The notes beneath the pieces were generated by a model. It made no database searches and had not been told where the DNA came from. It saw only the letters and a program-made list of their open reading frames with translations. A stretch of 64,000 nt of DNA from Minisyncoccia bacterium (GTDB lineage Bacteria; Patescibacteriota; Minisyncoccia; Phycocordibacterales; UBA9973): contig JBGATK010000002.1 of assembly GCA_044229265.1 (NCBI GenBank), forward strand, positions 15,092-79,091, given 5' to 3'. This document shows positions 9,808 through 17,841 of this stretch, in pieces; the stretch's first letter is position 1, and each line of letters begins with the position of its first letter. The position numbers were made by a program, and so were the translations under genes.

Positions 9808-11079
9808 TTATATTTGCGAAATGTCGCGGGGTAGGAAGAGGTTGATGGTCCAGTCTATAGCTATGATCAGGCGTTTGCGCCATGAGATGACTTTGGATAG
9901 ATAAACTGTGCGCCAAATCCACCAAGTGATTTTTCCACCGAAGGATATATGGTGAATTTCACCAAGTGCAGACCATTGCCCGAGGGATACGAGGTTGCCA
10001 GCTAAGGCAAATTTATATTTTTCTGGATTTTTGTTTTGAGTTAAAAGTTTTATATTTATTGCAGTTTGTTTCGCTTGGCGTACAGCTACTTGGGCGAGTG
10101 CCGGCGCATACACACCTTCGCGGGTTTCAAAACCAGCAGCATCACCTATAGCAAAAATATTCGGCAGAGTCATATTTTCACCTTCAATTTGAAGGAATTC
10201 ATTGACTACCATTTTTCCATCTGGAAGTTTCTTTAAAGGTATATCAAAATTTAAATTTTGTGGTTTAATACCAGCCACCCAGAAAACATTTTCTGTAAAA
10301 ATTTCTTCACCATTATCTAAAATTATTTTTTCTTTTTCTACTTTCACTACGCCAGTATTTAGCATTACTTGTATGCCTTTTTTTTGCATAACTTTTAGGC
10401 TTCGTTCACGGAGTTTTTGCCCAAATTGTGGCAATAGTTCACGGCCTTTGTGGACTATGATTATAGATACATCTTTCATTAATTTCTTTGCATAATAATA
10501 CGAAAAAGTATCCTGGACGAATTCGAGTAATTCGCCTGCGAGTTCTACGCCTGTAGGCCCACCACCGACTATCACAAAGCGTAGCATTGTTTTTCTTTCT
10601 TTCTCATCAGTTATTTGTGAAGCTTTTTCTATTTGAGTCAAGCAATGATTCTTCATGCGTATAGCATCCGGCAGAGTTTTCAAAGTAAAAGAATTTTCTT
10701 CTGCACCTGGTGTATTAAAAAAGTTCGTCTCGGCTCCCGGAGCAAGCACTAGGTAGTCATAACCCACATTCTTACCAGCGACTTTTACATATTGATCTGT
10801 AGTATTTATCTCTTCTGCCTGGCCGAGGTGAAAGTTGTCGAGGCAACAACCGAGCACTTTGCGTATAGGCTCGGTCACATTTGAAACATGCACACCACCG
10901 GTGGCTACTTCGTGGAGGAGTGGGGTAAATAGAAAATAATTTTTGTCGCCGATGATGGATATTTCGACGCGCTTGTCATTTGCGCAAAAAACTTTGTGCA
11001 AATATTTTAGAGTATAAGTTCCCCCAAAGCCAGTGCCGACGATGAGTATTTTTGTTTTTTTATGTATTCCGTGTGTCAT
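9808..11079 (-). CDS. ndh: Type II NADH dehydrogenase (NDH-2) / FAD-dependent pyridine nucleotide-disulfide oxidoreductase
   Basis: two Rossmann GxGxxG motifs (ILIVGTGFGG; VIVGGGPTGVELAGEL), ~420 aa. Confidence 0.8.
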   Translation of the reverse strand: MTHGIHKKTKILIVGTGFGGTYTLKYLHKVFCANDKRVEISIIGDKNYFLFTPLLHEVATGGVHVSNVTEPIRKVLGCCLDNFHLGQAEEINTTDQYVKVAGKNVGYDYLVLAPGAETNFFNTPGAEENSFTLKTLPDAIRMKNHCLTQIEKASQITDEKERKTMLRFVIVGGGPTGVELAGELLEFVQDTFSYYYAKKLMKDVSIIIVHKGRELLPQFGQKLRERSLKVMQKKGIQVMLNTGVVKVEKEKIILDNGEEIFTENVFWVAGIKPQNLNFDIPLKKLPDGKMVVNEFLQIEGENMTLPNIFAIGDAAGFETREGVYAPALAQVAVRQAKQTAINIKLLTQNKNPEKYKFALAGNLVSLGQWSALGEIHHISFGGKITWWIWRTVYLSKVISWRKRLIIAIDWTINLFLPRDISQI

Positions 11080-11152
11080 TTTTTTAGTATAACAAATTTT
11101 TCAAGAATTTTCCTTGCTTTTTATTTTTAACCAATTGTATAATATAGGCACA

Positions 11153-14100
11153 ATGCTATATCGGGTAAAATTCTTACCTTATATTCTCGTGGCATTCTTT
11201 GCCAGCTTGTTCTTCTTTGTTTCATTTTTACATCATGCTTTTGCATTTACTTATGTAAATACTGATATAAATACAGACACTACTTGGACACTATCCGGTA
11301 GTCCGTATATTATCGAGAAAACTATTATTGTTTTAGATGATGCGACGCTCTCTATCGAGCCCGGAGTCGCTATTAAATTTAAGGTGAAAGAGCCACTCTC
11401 TAATATGTATGTTTTTGGTAAAATTATTGCACAAGGCACAAATGATATGCCGATATATTTTACTTCTCTTTATGATGATATTGTTGCGCCGGAAACAGAT
11501 GATGAAGAATTTTGTGATGAAGAGTATGATGCCAAAGGCAATGTAATTTCTAAAACTAATTGTATATATTTGGATTTTTATGATCCACAGCCGAGGGACT
11601 GGGGAGGTTTATTTTTTATTTCTTCTTTAGGCTCTACTTTAGAAAACACTCATTTCTCGTATGGAAAGAATTTTTTTACTGTTCAAGAATCTGATATAAA
11701 TATTTTTAGAAATATAGAAATATCTCACGGCGAGCAAGGCATGGTTCTTTTTAATCATAGTTCTGTGAATTTTGAAAATGCAAAGTTAAAAGATATTTCC
11801 AGCAATGGCATCACTCTTTTCAATAATAGTTTTTTAAATTTTGATAAATTTATATTTGAAGAAGTGAATCGAAATCCGGCAATAGTTTTTAATGAGTCAT
11901 CTTTTTCAGGCCGTGGCCTCGATATGGGTCCGGGTATTACCAGTTCACGGCGCGATTATATCGTAGCTTTCAATGGCTCAAACTTAGTTTTAAAAGATTC
12001 TATTTTTAGAGATTGCGATCTAGGTTCATGTATAAATATTTTTGATGGCAGTAGTTATGAAGGCGAGGCTTCACTGCTAGATATAGATAAAACTATTTTC
12101 GAAGGAGGCAATGAAACAGCTATTACTATTTTTGGGTCTTTACCAATTAAAGCGAAAATAAACAATTCTGTTTTTGGTGATTTTCCTTTATATTCTATAG
12201 ATAATTTTTCTACAGATTTTGTTGTAGATGCTCGCAAGAATTTTTGGGGTAATGCTTCCGGTCCTTTTCATGCAACTGCAAACCCCACAGGTTTAGGAGA
12301 AAAAATTTCTGGTTTAGTGGATTTCGATCCGTGGTGTAAAACTCCTGACTGCACTTTCCGCAACCCTGTAATTTTTATCCCAGGAGTAATGGGTAATGAT
12401 ATTCTGCGCCCCGCCGAGGGTGATGAAGACGCTCCTCAAAAACTTTGGCTAAATATTACAAAAATGATTACAGATATTGGTGATGATTTTATGGATGCTT
12501 TAGGGCTGAATGAAGATTTTACACCGCTAAAAGATAATTTGATTATTGGAGATTTGATTAAAGAACCTTTAATCGGCCAGCATTTTTACGATAAAATTAT
12601 AGATGAACTTGTATTGCAAGGCTATGTCGAAGGTGAAGACATTTTCATTTTTCCTTACGATTGGCGCTATGGTGTGAGTGATGAAAATATAGCTTTATTA
12701 AAACAAAAAATTACAGATGTAAAAAACATTAAAGGTAGTGACAAGGTAGATGTAGTGGCTCATTCTACCGGTGGCTTGCTCGTAAAAAAATATGTAATAG
12801 ATAATTCTGCAAATCATAGTATAGATAAAGCTGTATTTGTAGGTGTACCATCTGCTGGCGCACCGCAAGCCGTAAAGATGCTTGTACAAGGTGATAATAT
12901 GAGAATACCATTTTTAGATTCGGATGAAATGAAAAAGATCGCAAAGAATTTACCTGTAGTTTATGACTTGTCTCCGAGCCTCGAATATTACAATAAAAAG
13001 GGAAGTTATATACAAATAAAGAATGTCATACCTTTTAAAAAGTCTACAATTAAAGATTTAAATTTTACAGAAGCAAATAATTATTTAATAGAAAAAGGTA
13101 AAAATAAAATAGCTTTGGAAGATGCTCATATTTTACATACTAAAGAATTCGATAATTTTGATATGCGCACAAGTGGAGTAGATGTATACAATATTGCTGG
13201 TTGCAAAGCTAGCACTTTTGGTACTTTAGTAGAAATTCATAATAAAAATATTTCAAAAAAAGATTTAGTATCGTATCGGGAACCGATATACATAAAAGGC
13301 GATGGCACAGTGCCACTCGAAAGTGCGACATTTTTACCAGTCGATGAGGCAAAAAGATTTTTTTCTCTAAATGCAGATCATGCTAAAATGCCCTCGCAAG
13401 ATGGCACGCGTCAGCTCATTACAAATATTATCTCTGGCAGTTCACTCCCTACTTCAAATAAAATCACTCAAGACATTGCGAAATGTAAATTAAATGGCAG
13501 GTCTATAGCAGTGTATAGCCCTGTAAATATCGAAGTCATAGATCAATACGGCAATAGGCTAGGTATTTTAGAAGATGGTATAAATACAGAAAATAATATT
13601 CCAAATGCGTATTTTGATATTGTAGATGAACATAAGTTTTTGTATTTACCTACAGATGAGGGTCAAATATATACGATAAATATCAAAGGCACAGGTGGGG
13701 GCACTTTTACTATTACTGATACAAAAATAGTTGATGATATAAAAACAGACATGCAAATTTTTAAGAATTTAGTAGTATCGCCAGCTCTCGTGGGAAGTAT
13801 TGTTTTAGGTGATGAAAGTATTTTGAATTTAGATAATGATGGCGATGGTGATGTAGATCAGAATTTAAAACCAGATATATTTTTAGATGAGGTAGAAGTA
13901 TTAGATTTTGAACCATATTTAGAAGAAAAATTAGAGGAAGAAATACCAAGAGTTGCTTCGTTTGGCGGTGGGGGCGGTGGAGGTTTCCCATTTGTATTTG
14001 TGGAACAAATAAAATCTTTGGCTTTGCTTCCACAAGTCCTCGGAGCTGAGACTAGTATAGTTGATACAGAAAAAGAAGCCTTTGAAAATAAAGAAAATTC

Positions 14101-14320
14101 TAAGCCTTTAATTATTCAAAATTCAGAAAAACCTAATATTGTATTAGATAATTCTTTTACTAATAATCCGCAAATTAAAGAAGAGAATATAGAAAATGCA
14201 AAAAATGCTAATATAATAATAGAAGAAAAAATAGAAAATAAATTTAGATATGAATACATAATTTATATCTTAATCATTATTGGTATTATCTTATTAGTAA
14301 AAAAAATTATAAAGTTGTAG
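11153..14320 (+). CDS. very large cell-surface protein: signal peptide, parallel beta-helix repeats, alpha/beta-hydrolase lipase domain (GxSxG = HSTGG, LCAT/PGAP1-like), Gly-rich segment, C-terminal TM anchor
   Basis: signal-like MLYRVKFLPYILVAFFASLFFFVSF; FIPGVMGN + VAHSTGGL lipase motifs; FGGGGGGGF then C-terminal hydrophobic YIIYILIIIGIILLV; TATAAT 9 nt upstream of ATG 11153 (ORF track start 11114 probably alternative). Confidence 0.6.
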   Translation: MLYRVKFLPYILVAFFASLFFFVSFLHHAFAFTYVNTDINTDTTWTLSGSPYIIEKTIIVLDDATLSIEPGVAIKFKVKEPLSNMYVFGKIIAQGTNDMPIYFTSLYDDIVAPETDDEEFCDEEYDAKGNVISKTNCIYLDFYDPQPRDWGGLFFISSLGSTLENTHFSYGKNFFTVQESDINIFRNIEISHGEQGMVLFNHSSVNFENAKLKDISSNGITLFNNSFLNFDKFIFEEVNRNPAIVFNESSFSGRGLDMGPGITSSRRDYIVAFNGSNLVLKDSIFRDCDLGSCINIFDGSSYEGEASLLDIDKTIFEGGNETAITIFGSLPIKAKINNSVFGDFPLYSIDNFSTDFVVDARKNFWGNASGPFHATANPTGLGEKISGLVDFDPWCKTPDCTFRNPVIFIPGVMGNDILRPAEGDEDAPQKLWLNITKMITDIGDDFMDALGLNEDFTPLKDNLIIGDLIKEPLIGQHFYDKIIDELVLQGYVEGEDIFIFPYDWRYGVSDENIALLKQKITDVKNIKGSDKVDVVAHSTGGLLVKKYVIDNSANHSIDKAVFVGVPSAGAPQAVKMLVQGDNMRIPFLDSDEMKKIAKNLPVVYDLSPSLEYYNKKGSYIQIKNVIPFKKSTIKDLNFTEANNYLIEKGKNKIALEDAHILHTKEFDNFDMRTSGVDVYNIAGCKASTFGTLVEIHNKNISKKDLVSYREPIYIKGDGTVPLESATFLPVDEAKRFFSLNADHAKMPSQDGTRQLITNIISGSSLPTSNKITQDIAKCKLNGRSIAVYSPVNIEVIDQYGNRLGILEDGINTENNIPNAYFDIVDEHKFLYLPTDEGQIYTINIKGTGGGTFTITDTKIVDDIKTDMQIFKNLVVSPALVGSIVLGDESILNLDNDGDGDVDQNLKPDIFLDEVEVLDFEPYLEEKLEEEIPRVASFGGGGGGGFPFVFVEQIKSLALLPQVLGAETSIVDTEKEAFENKENSKPLIIQNSEKPNIVLDNSFTNNPQIKEENIENAKNANIIIEEKIENKFRYEYIIYILIIIGIILLVKKIIKL

Positions 14321-14330
14321 AATTATATAT

Positions 14331-14675
14331 ATGAAAAAAATATGGCTTTGGGTATTTATGATAATGTTTCTTTTACCAGAGATTTTTTGGAGTCCCATAA
14401 TTAATTTTATTTATTCTTTTGTTAAGCCAACAATAAATGGTTCTATACAAGTTTTTAATCATAATTTTTTGTTAAATACAGAAGATAATAATTTATATTT
14501 ATTTATTTTATTAATACAAATTATCGGAATATTTGGAACTTTAGTCCAGGTGCGTAAATTAAATTTAAACAGGGTGTTGAAATTATTAATATATATAATT
14601 CTTGGTATTATTTTAATTCTCACAATTTTTATTTTTTATATTCTTTTTTCTACTCGCCACGGTATAGGCTTCTAA
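14331..14675 (+). CDS. hypothetical multi-TM small membrane protein
   Basis: 114 aa, 3-4 hydrophobic helices. Confidence 0.35.
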   Translation: MKKIWLWVFMIMFLLPEIFWSPIINFIYSFVKPTINGSIQVFNHNFLLNTEDNNLYLFILLIQIIGIFGTLVQVRKLNLNRVLKLLIYIILGIILILTIFIFYILFSTRHGIGF

Positions 14676-14948
14676 TTTTCTAAAATGTATATTTAGATTT
14701 GTACTAGGTCTTGCTTAGTACGTATAAAATTTAATTTTAAAATTGAGGTATAATAAGGAGATGAAGAAATACAGCCAAATGCAGAGATTTTTTATGATGC
14801 TGGTTTTTAGTTTTTTGATATTGCCAGCACTAGCCTCTGCCCATCAGCATTTGTACTTATTTTTTACGGCTTATTAATATTAATTTTGGTAATTTTGTAT
14901 TTCATTATTAGAAAAATATTTAAAAAATTTAAAAATAAAAATTAATTT

Positions 14949-15581
14949 ATGAAATTATGTATCTTTGGAGCAGACGGTAGGACAGGTGTCGAAGTAGTGA
15001 ATTGTGCTAATAAAAAAGGAATAGAGGTGGTGGCTTTTGTGTATAGTGATTTTTCCAATAAATATTTTCCCAAAAATGGCATTACTATAATAAAAGGCAA
15101 TGTTATGGATTATGAATCTGTACTTTCAGCTTTGCATGGTGCTGATGCTGTGATTAGTGCGCTTGGGCATATCAAAGGTTCTGATCCACTTATGCAAACT
15201 AAAGGTATGCAAAATATTGTGAAGGCTATGCAAGAGCTTGGCATAAAGCGCGTGCTTAGCCTGACTGGTACTGGAGCTAGAGTAGAAGGAGACACTCCTT
15301 CCTTGATAGACAAAGTTTTAAATTTTATAGTTGCCAAAGTTGACCCTGATCGCATAAATGATGGAGTAGAGCATGTGAAAGTTTTACAAAATTCAAATTT
15401 AGATTGGACAGTAGTTCGGGTTTTGAAATTGGGTAAGAGCGAGAAAGAGGTGATTGATTACAAACTCACCGATGGTGGTCCTGCAGAATTGCTGACAAGT
15501 CGTAAAAAGGTGGCCAAAGTTTTGGTGGATTTAATAGATAGTAAAGATTATATAGGTAAATTACCTGTAGTTTCTGGGTAA
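14949..15581 (+). CDS. NAD(P)H-binding Rossmann-fold oxidoreductase (NmrA/SDR-atypical-like)
   Basis: MKLCIFGADGRTG Rossmann motif; ~210 aa. Confidence 0.65.
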   Translation: MKLCIFGADGRTGVEVVNCANKKGIEVVAFVYSDFSNKYFPKNGITIIKGNVMDYESVLSALHGADAVISALGHIKGSDPLMQTKGMQNIVKAMQELGIKRVLSLTGTGARVEGDTPSLIDKVLNFIVAKVDPDRINDGVEHVKVLQNSNLDWTVVRVLKLGKSEKEVIDYKLTDGGPAELLTSRKKVAKVLVDLIDSKDYIGKLPVVSG

Positions 15582-15841
15582 TGAAAACATTTACTGAAAA
15601 AGTTTTATATGTAGTTCGTAAAATTCCAAAAGGTAAGGTGATGACTTATGGAGAGGTGGCAAAAAGCGCGGGAAGCCCGAGGGCTTCCCGCGCTGTGGGC
15701 TCCATTATGAAAGCCAACTTCGACAAAAATGTGCCTTGCCACCGCGTTATTAAAGCCGACGGCTCAGTCGGCGCCTACAACCGCGGCGGCCCGAATGCCA
15801 AACTCGCATTACTTAAAAAAGAAGGAGCAATAAAAAAGTGA
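15581..15841 (+). CDS. Methylated-DNA-protein-cysteine methyltransferase DNA-binding domain protein (Ogt/MGMT C-terminal domain only)
   Basis: VPCHRVI active-site motif (PCHR) in 86-aa protein; start overlaps upstream stop (taATGa). Confidence 0.75.
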   Translation: MKTFTEKVLYVVRKIPKGKVMTYGEVAKSAGSPRASRAVGSIMKANFDKNVPCHRVIKADGSVGAYNRGGPNAKLALLKKEGAIKK

Positions 15842-15856
15842 TATAATTAAAATGTT

Positions 15857-16249
15857 ATGGAAAAAGATTTTGATAAGTGGAATGAAATCAAAAAGAAGAT
15901 TCATCAAGAGGAGAATATCCCAGATCGTTTTCCAAAAGAAGGCGAAGTTTGGATGTCTAACCTTGGTAAGAATATTGGATTTGAACAAAATGGAGGTGGA
16001 GAAAATTTCTCTAGGCCTATTTTAATAATTAAGAAATTCAATAATCATATGTTTTGGGTAGTACCTTTGTCCACAAAACAGAAAAATTTTGATTTTTATT
16101 ATAATTTTATAGATATAGATAATAAAAAAGTTTCAGCTATTCTTGCCCAATTAAAATTAATGAGTGTCAAAAGATTTAATAGAAAAATGTATGAAATGCC
16201 TCAAAATCAATTTGTTGATGTTTTGAATAAAATTAGAGGATTTATCTAA
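15857..16249 (+). CDS. MazF/PemK-family endoribonuclease toxin-like protein (solitary, no adjacent antitoxin seen)
   Basis: GEVWMSNLGKNIGFEQNGGGENFSRPILII...FWVVPLSTKQ matches MazF/PemK G-x-I/V-x-L-x-G-x-EQ-x-RP-x-LI-x-VxPxT pattern. Confidence 0.6.
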   Translation: MEKDFDKWNEIKKKIHQEENIPDRFPKEGEVWMSNLGKNIGFEQNGGGENFSRPILIIKKFNNHMFWVVPLSTKQKNFDFYYNFIDIDNKKVSAILAQLKLMSVKRFNRKMYEMPQNQFVDVLNKIRGFI

Positions 16250-16254
16250 AAATC

Positions 16255-16278
16255 GAAAGCCCCCTTTCGGGGGCTTTC
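16255..16278 (+). terminator. strong GC hairpin (gaaagccccc-tttc-gggggctttc) after mazF-like gene
   Basis: 10-bp perfect stem; weak T-tract. Confidence 0.5.
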
Positions 16279-16403
16279 TCGGAGCCTTTCGGCACTTTAT
16301 ACATAGAGTATATCATAACAGAGAGTATAAAGTCAACCTCAGAATCCTTCAAATCTTCCTATTTTGCCTTAGTATTAATACTTTTAAAATAAACTCACAC
16401 GGG

Positions 16404-16664
16404 ATGAAAAATAAAAATGACAAATTACATAGCTTGCCGGCAGATTTTAAGGAAGCGATAGATTCAAAAAGGGCAGTAGCTCATATGTGGCAGGATATCA
16501 CTCCGCTTGCTCGCAATGAATGGATCTGCTGGGTAGAATCTGCCAAAAAATTAGAAACTAGGCAAAGGCGAATAAAAATAGCCCTTTCGAAAATGAGCTC
16601 CGGCGAAAAGCGCCCCTGCTGCTGGGCCGGCTGTTCGCATCGAGGGAATAAAACAGTGGTATAA
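16404..16664 (+). CDS. YdeI/OmpD-associated (bacteriocin-protection) family small protein
   Basis: W-rich core and C-terminal CCWAGCSHR motif typical of YdeI-like family; 3' 122 bp duplicated downstream. Confidence 0.5.
   Translation: MKNKNDKLHSLPADFKEAIDSKRAVAHMWQDITPLARNEWICWVESAKKLETRQRRIKIALSKMSSGEKRPCCWAGCSHRGNKTVV
16522..16643. repeat. direct repeat copy 1 (3' end of ydeI-like gene), 122 bp
   Basis: 121/122 identical to 17312-17433. Confidence 0.9.
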
Positions 16665-16671
16665 TTTATAT

Positions 16672-17154
16672 ATGGAAAAGACAAGTATTTATATTGATGG
16701 AAATAATCTATATAGATCTGCAAAAGAGCTCGGTTTTAATATTGATTACAAAAAATTCATAGGATGGCTTCGTCAAAAATATAATCCAGAATTCGTTTAC
16801 TTGTTTATTGGTCTCGTGCCAGAGAGAACAAAGTTTTATGAACATCTACAAAAATGTGGTTATGTTTTAATTTTTAAACAAACTGTATCTGTGGGAGAAA
16901 AAATAAAAGGTAATTGTGATGCAGAACTGGTATTAAAAGCTGTTTCGGATTATTATACTAACTCATTTGATAAATTAATTTTGATTACTGGTGACGGGGA
17001 TTTTGGTTGCTTGGTGGAATTTATGAAAGATAAAAATTCGATGCATACTATTATTGCACCTGATGAAAAGAAATGTTCTTTTTTACTTAGAAATAAAAAT
17101 ACTGAAATTGTTTTTCTTAACAATCAATATCATAAATTCTCTAAGGAGCTATAA
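16672..17154 (+). CDS. NYN-domain (LabA/DUF88-like, PIN-fold) putative RNase
   Basis: IYIDGNNLY start and ILITGDGDFGCLVE motif typical of NYN domains; gene is bracketed by the 122-bp direct repeats. Confidence 0.65.
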   Translation: MEKTSIYIDGNNLYRSAKELGFNIDYKKFIGWLRQKYNPEFVYLFIGLVPERTKFYEHLQKCGYVLIFKQTVSVGEKIKGNCDAELVLKAVSDYYTNSFDKLILITGDGDFGCLVEFMKDKNSMHTIIAPDEKKCSFLLRNKNTEIVFLNNQYHKFSKEL

Positions 17155-17162
17155 AAGAAAAA

Positions 17163-17199
17163 GCCCCCGGTGCAGACGAATCTGCACAAGGGTCTTTTT
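17163..17199 (+). terminator. rho-independent terminator after NYN gene
   Basis: gtgcaga-cgaa-tctgcac hairpin then T5. Confidence 0.6.
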
Positions 17200-17311
17200 C
17201 ATAGTGATACATGTATACTATCAAATTTTTATAAAAAAGTCAAAGTTTTCCACATTTTATAATCTTGTCAAAATTCCTCATAGATTAAGTCCATCTCGGG
17301 AATGGACATAT

Positions 17312-17433
17312 GGATCTGCTGGGTAGAATCTGCCAAAAAATTAGAAACTAGGCAAAGGCGAATAAAAATAGCCCTTTCGAAAATGAGCTCCGGCGAAAAG
17401 CGCCCCTGCTGCTGGGCCGGGTGTTCGCATCGA
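17312..17433. repeat. direct repeat copy 2 (duplicated ydeI-like 3' end), 122 bp
   Basis: single mismatch versus 16522-16643. Confidence 0.9.
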
Positions 17434-17475
17434 TAAAATGAGCCATATTTAGGTCTGTATTCTGGCGATATTTTG

Positions 17476-17484
17476 TGTTAGAAT
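17476..17484 (+). promoter_or_regulatory. extended -10 (TGtTAGAAT) 6 nt upstream of ATG 17491: leaderless promoter for the mazG-like operon
   Basis: TGn + TAGAAT, 6-nt spacer to ATG. Confidence 0.5.
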
Positions 17485-17490
17485 TTGGGC

Positions 17491-17838
17491 ATGTCTGATT
17501 TACAAAAACTAACAAAGCAAATAAACAAATTCCGAAAAGAACGAAATTGGGAACAATTCCATAATCCTAAAGACATGGCTCTTTCGTTGGTTTTAGAGGC
17601 GACAGAGTTGATGGAGCATTTTCAGTGGAAAAACGGTGAAGATTTAACAAATTATATAAAGAAAAATAAAAAAGAAATTTCTTATGAACTTGCAGATACT
17701 CTTTATTGGGTTTTAACTATTGCTCATGATTTTAATATTGATATTGTAAAATCTTTTACTGAGAAGATGAAAATTAATGCAAAAAAATATCCTGTTTCAA
17801 AATTCAAAGGACGTGCTGGCAAATATAATGAAGTATAA
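17491..17838 (+). CDS. MazG-like nucleoside triphosphate pyrophosphohydrolase
   Basis: EATELMEHF...LADTLYWVL motifs of the all-alpha MazG/NTP-PPase fold; ORF track start 17485 is a TTG, ATG at 17491 preferred. Confidence 0.7.
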   Translation: MSDLQKLTKQINKFRKERNWEQFHNPKDMALSLVLEATELMEHFQWKNGEDLTNYIKKNKKEISYELADTLYWVLTIAHDFNIDIVKSFTEKMKINAKKYPVSKFKGRAGKYNEV

Positions 17839-17841
17839 TTT

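Noticed and set aside
14761-14877. 38-codon ORF preceded by TAAGGAG
   Set aside because: the GGAG abuts the ATG with zero spacing, and this genome appears SD-independent; the hydrophobic peptide is probably chance in AT-rich intergenic DNA, though a signal-peptide-like micro-protein cannot be excluded
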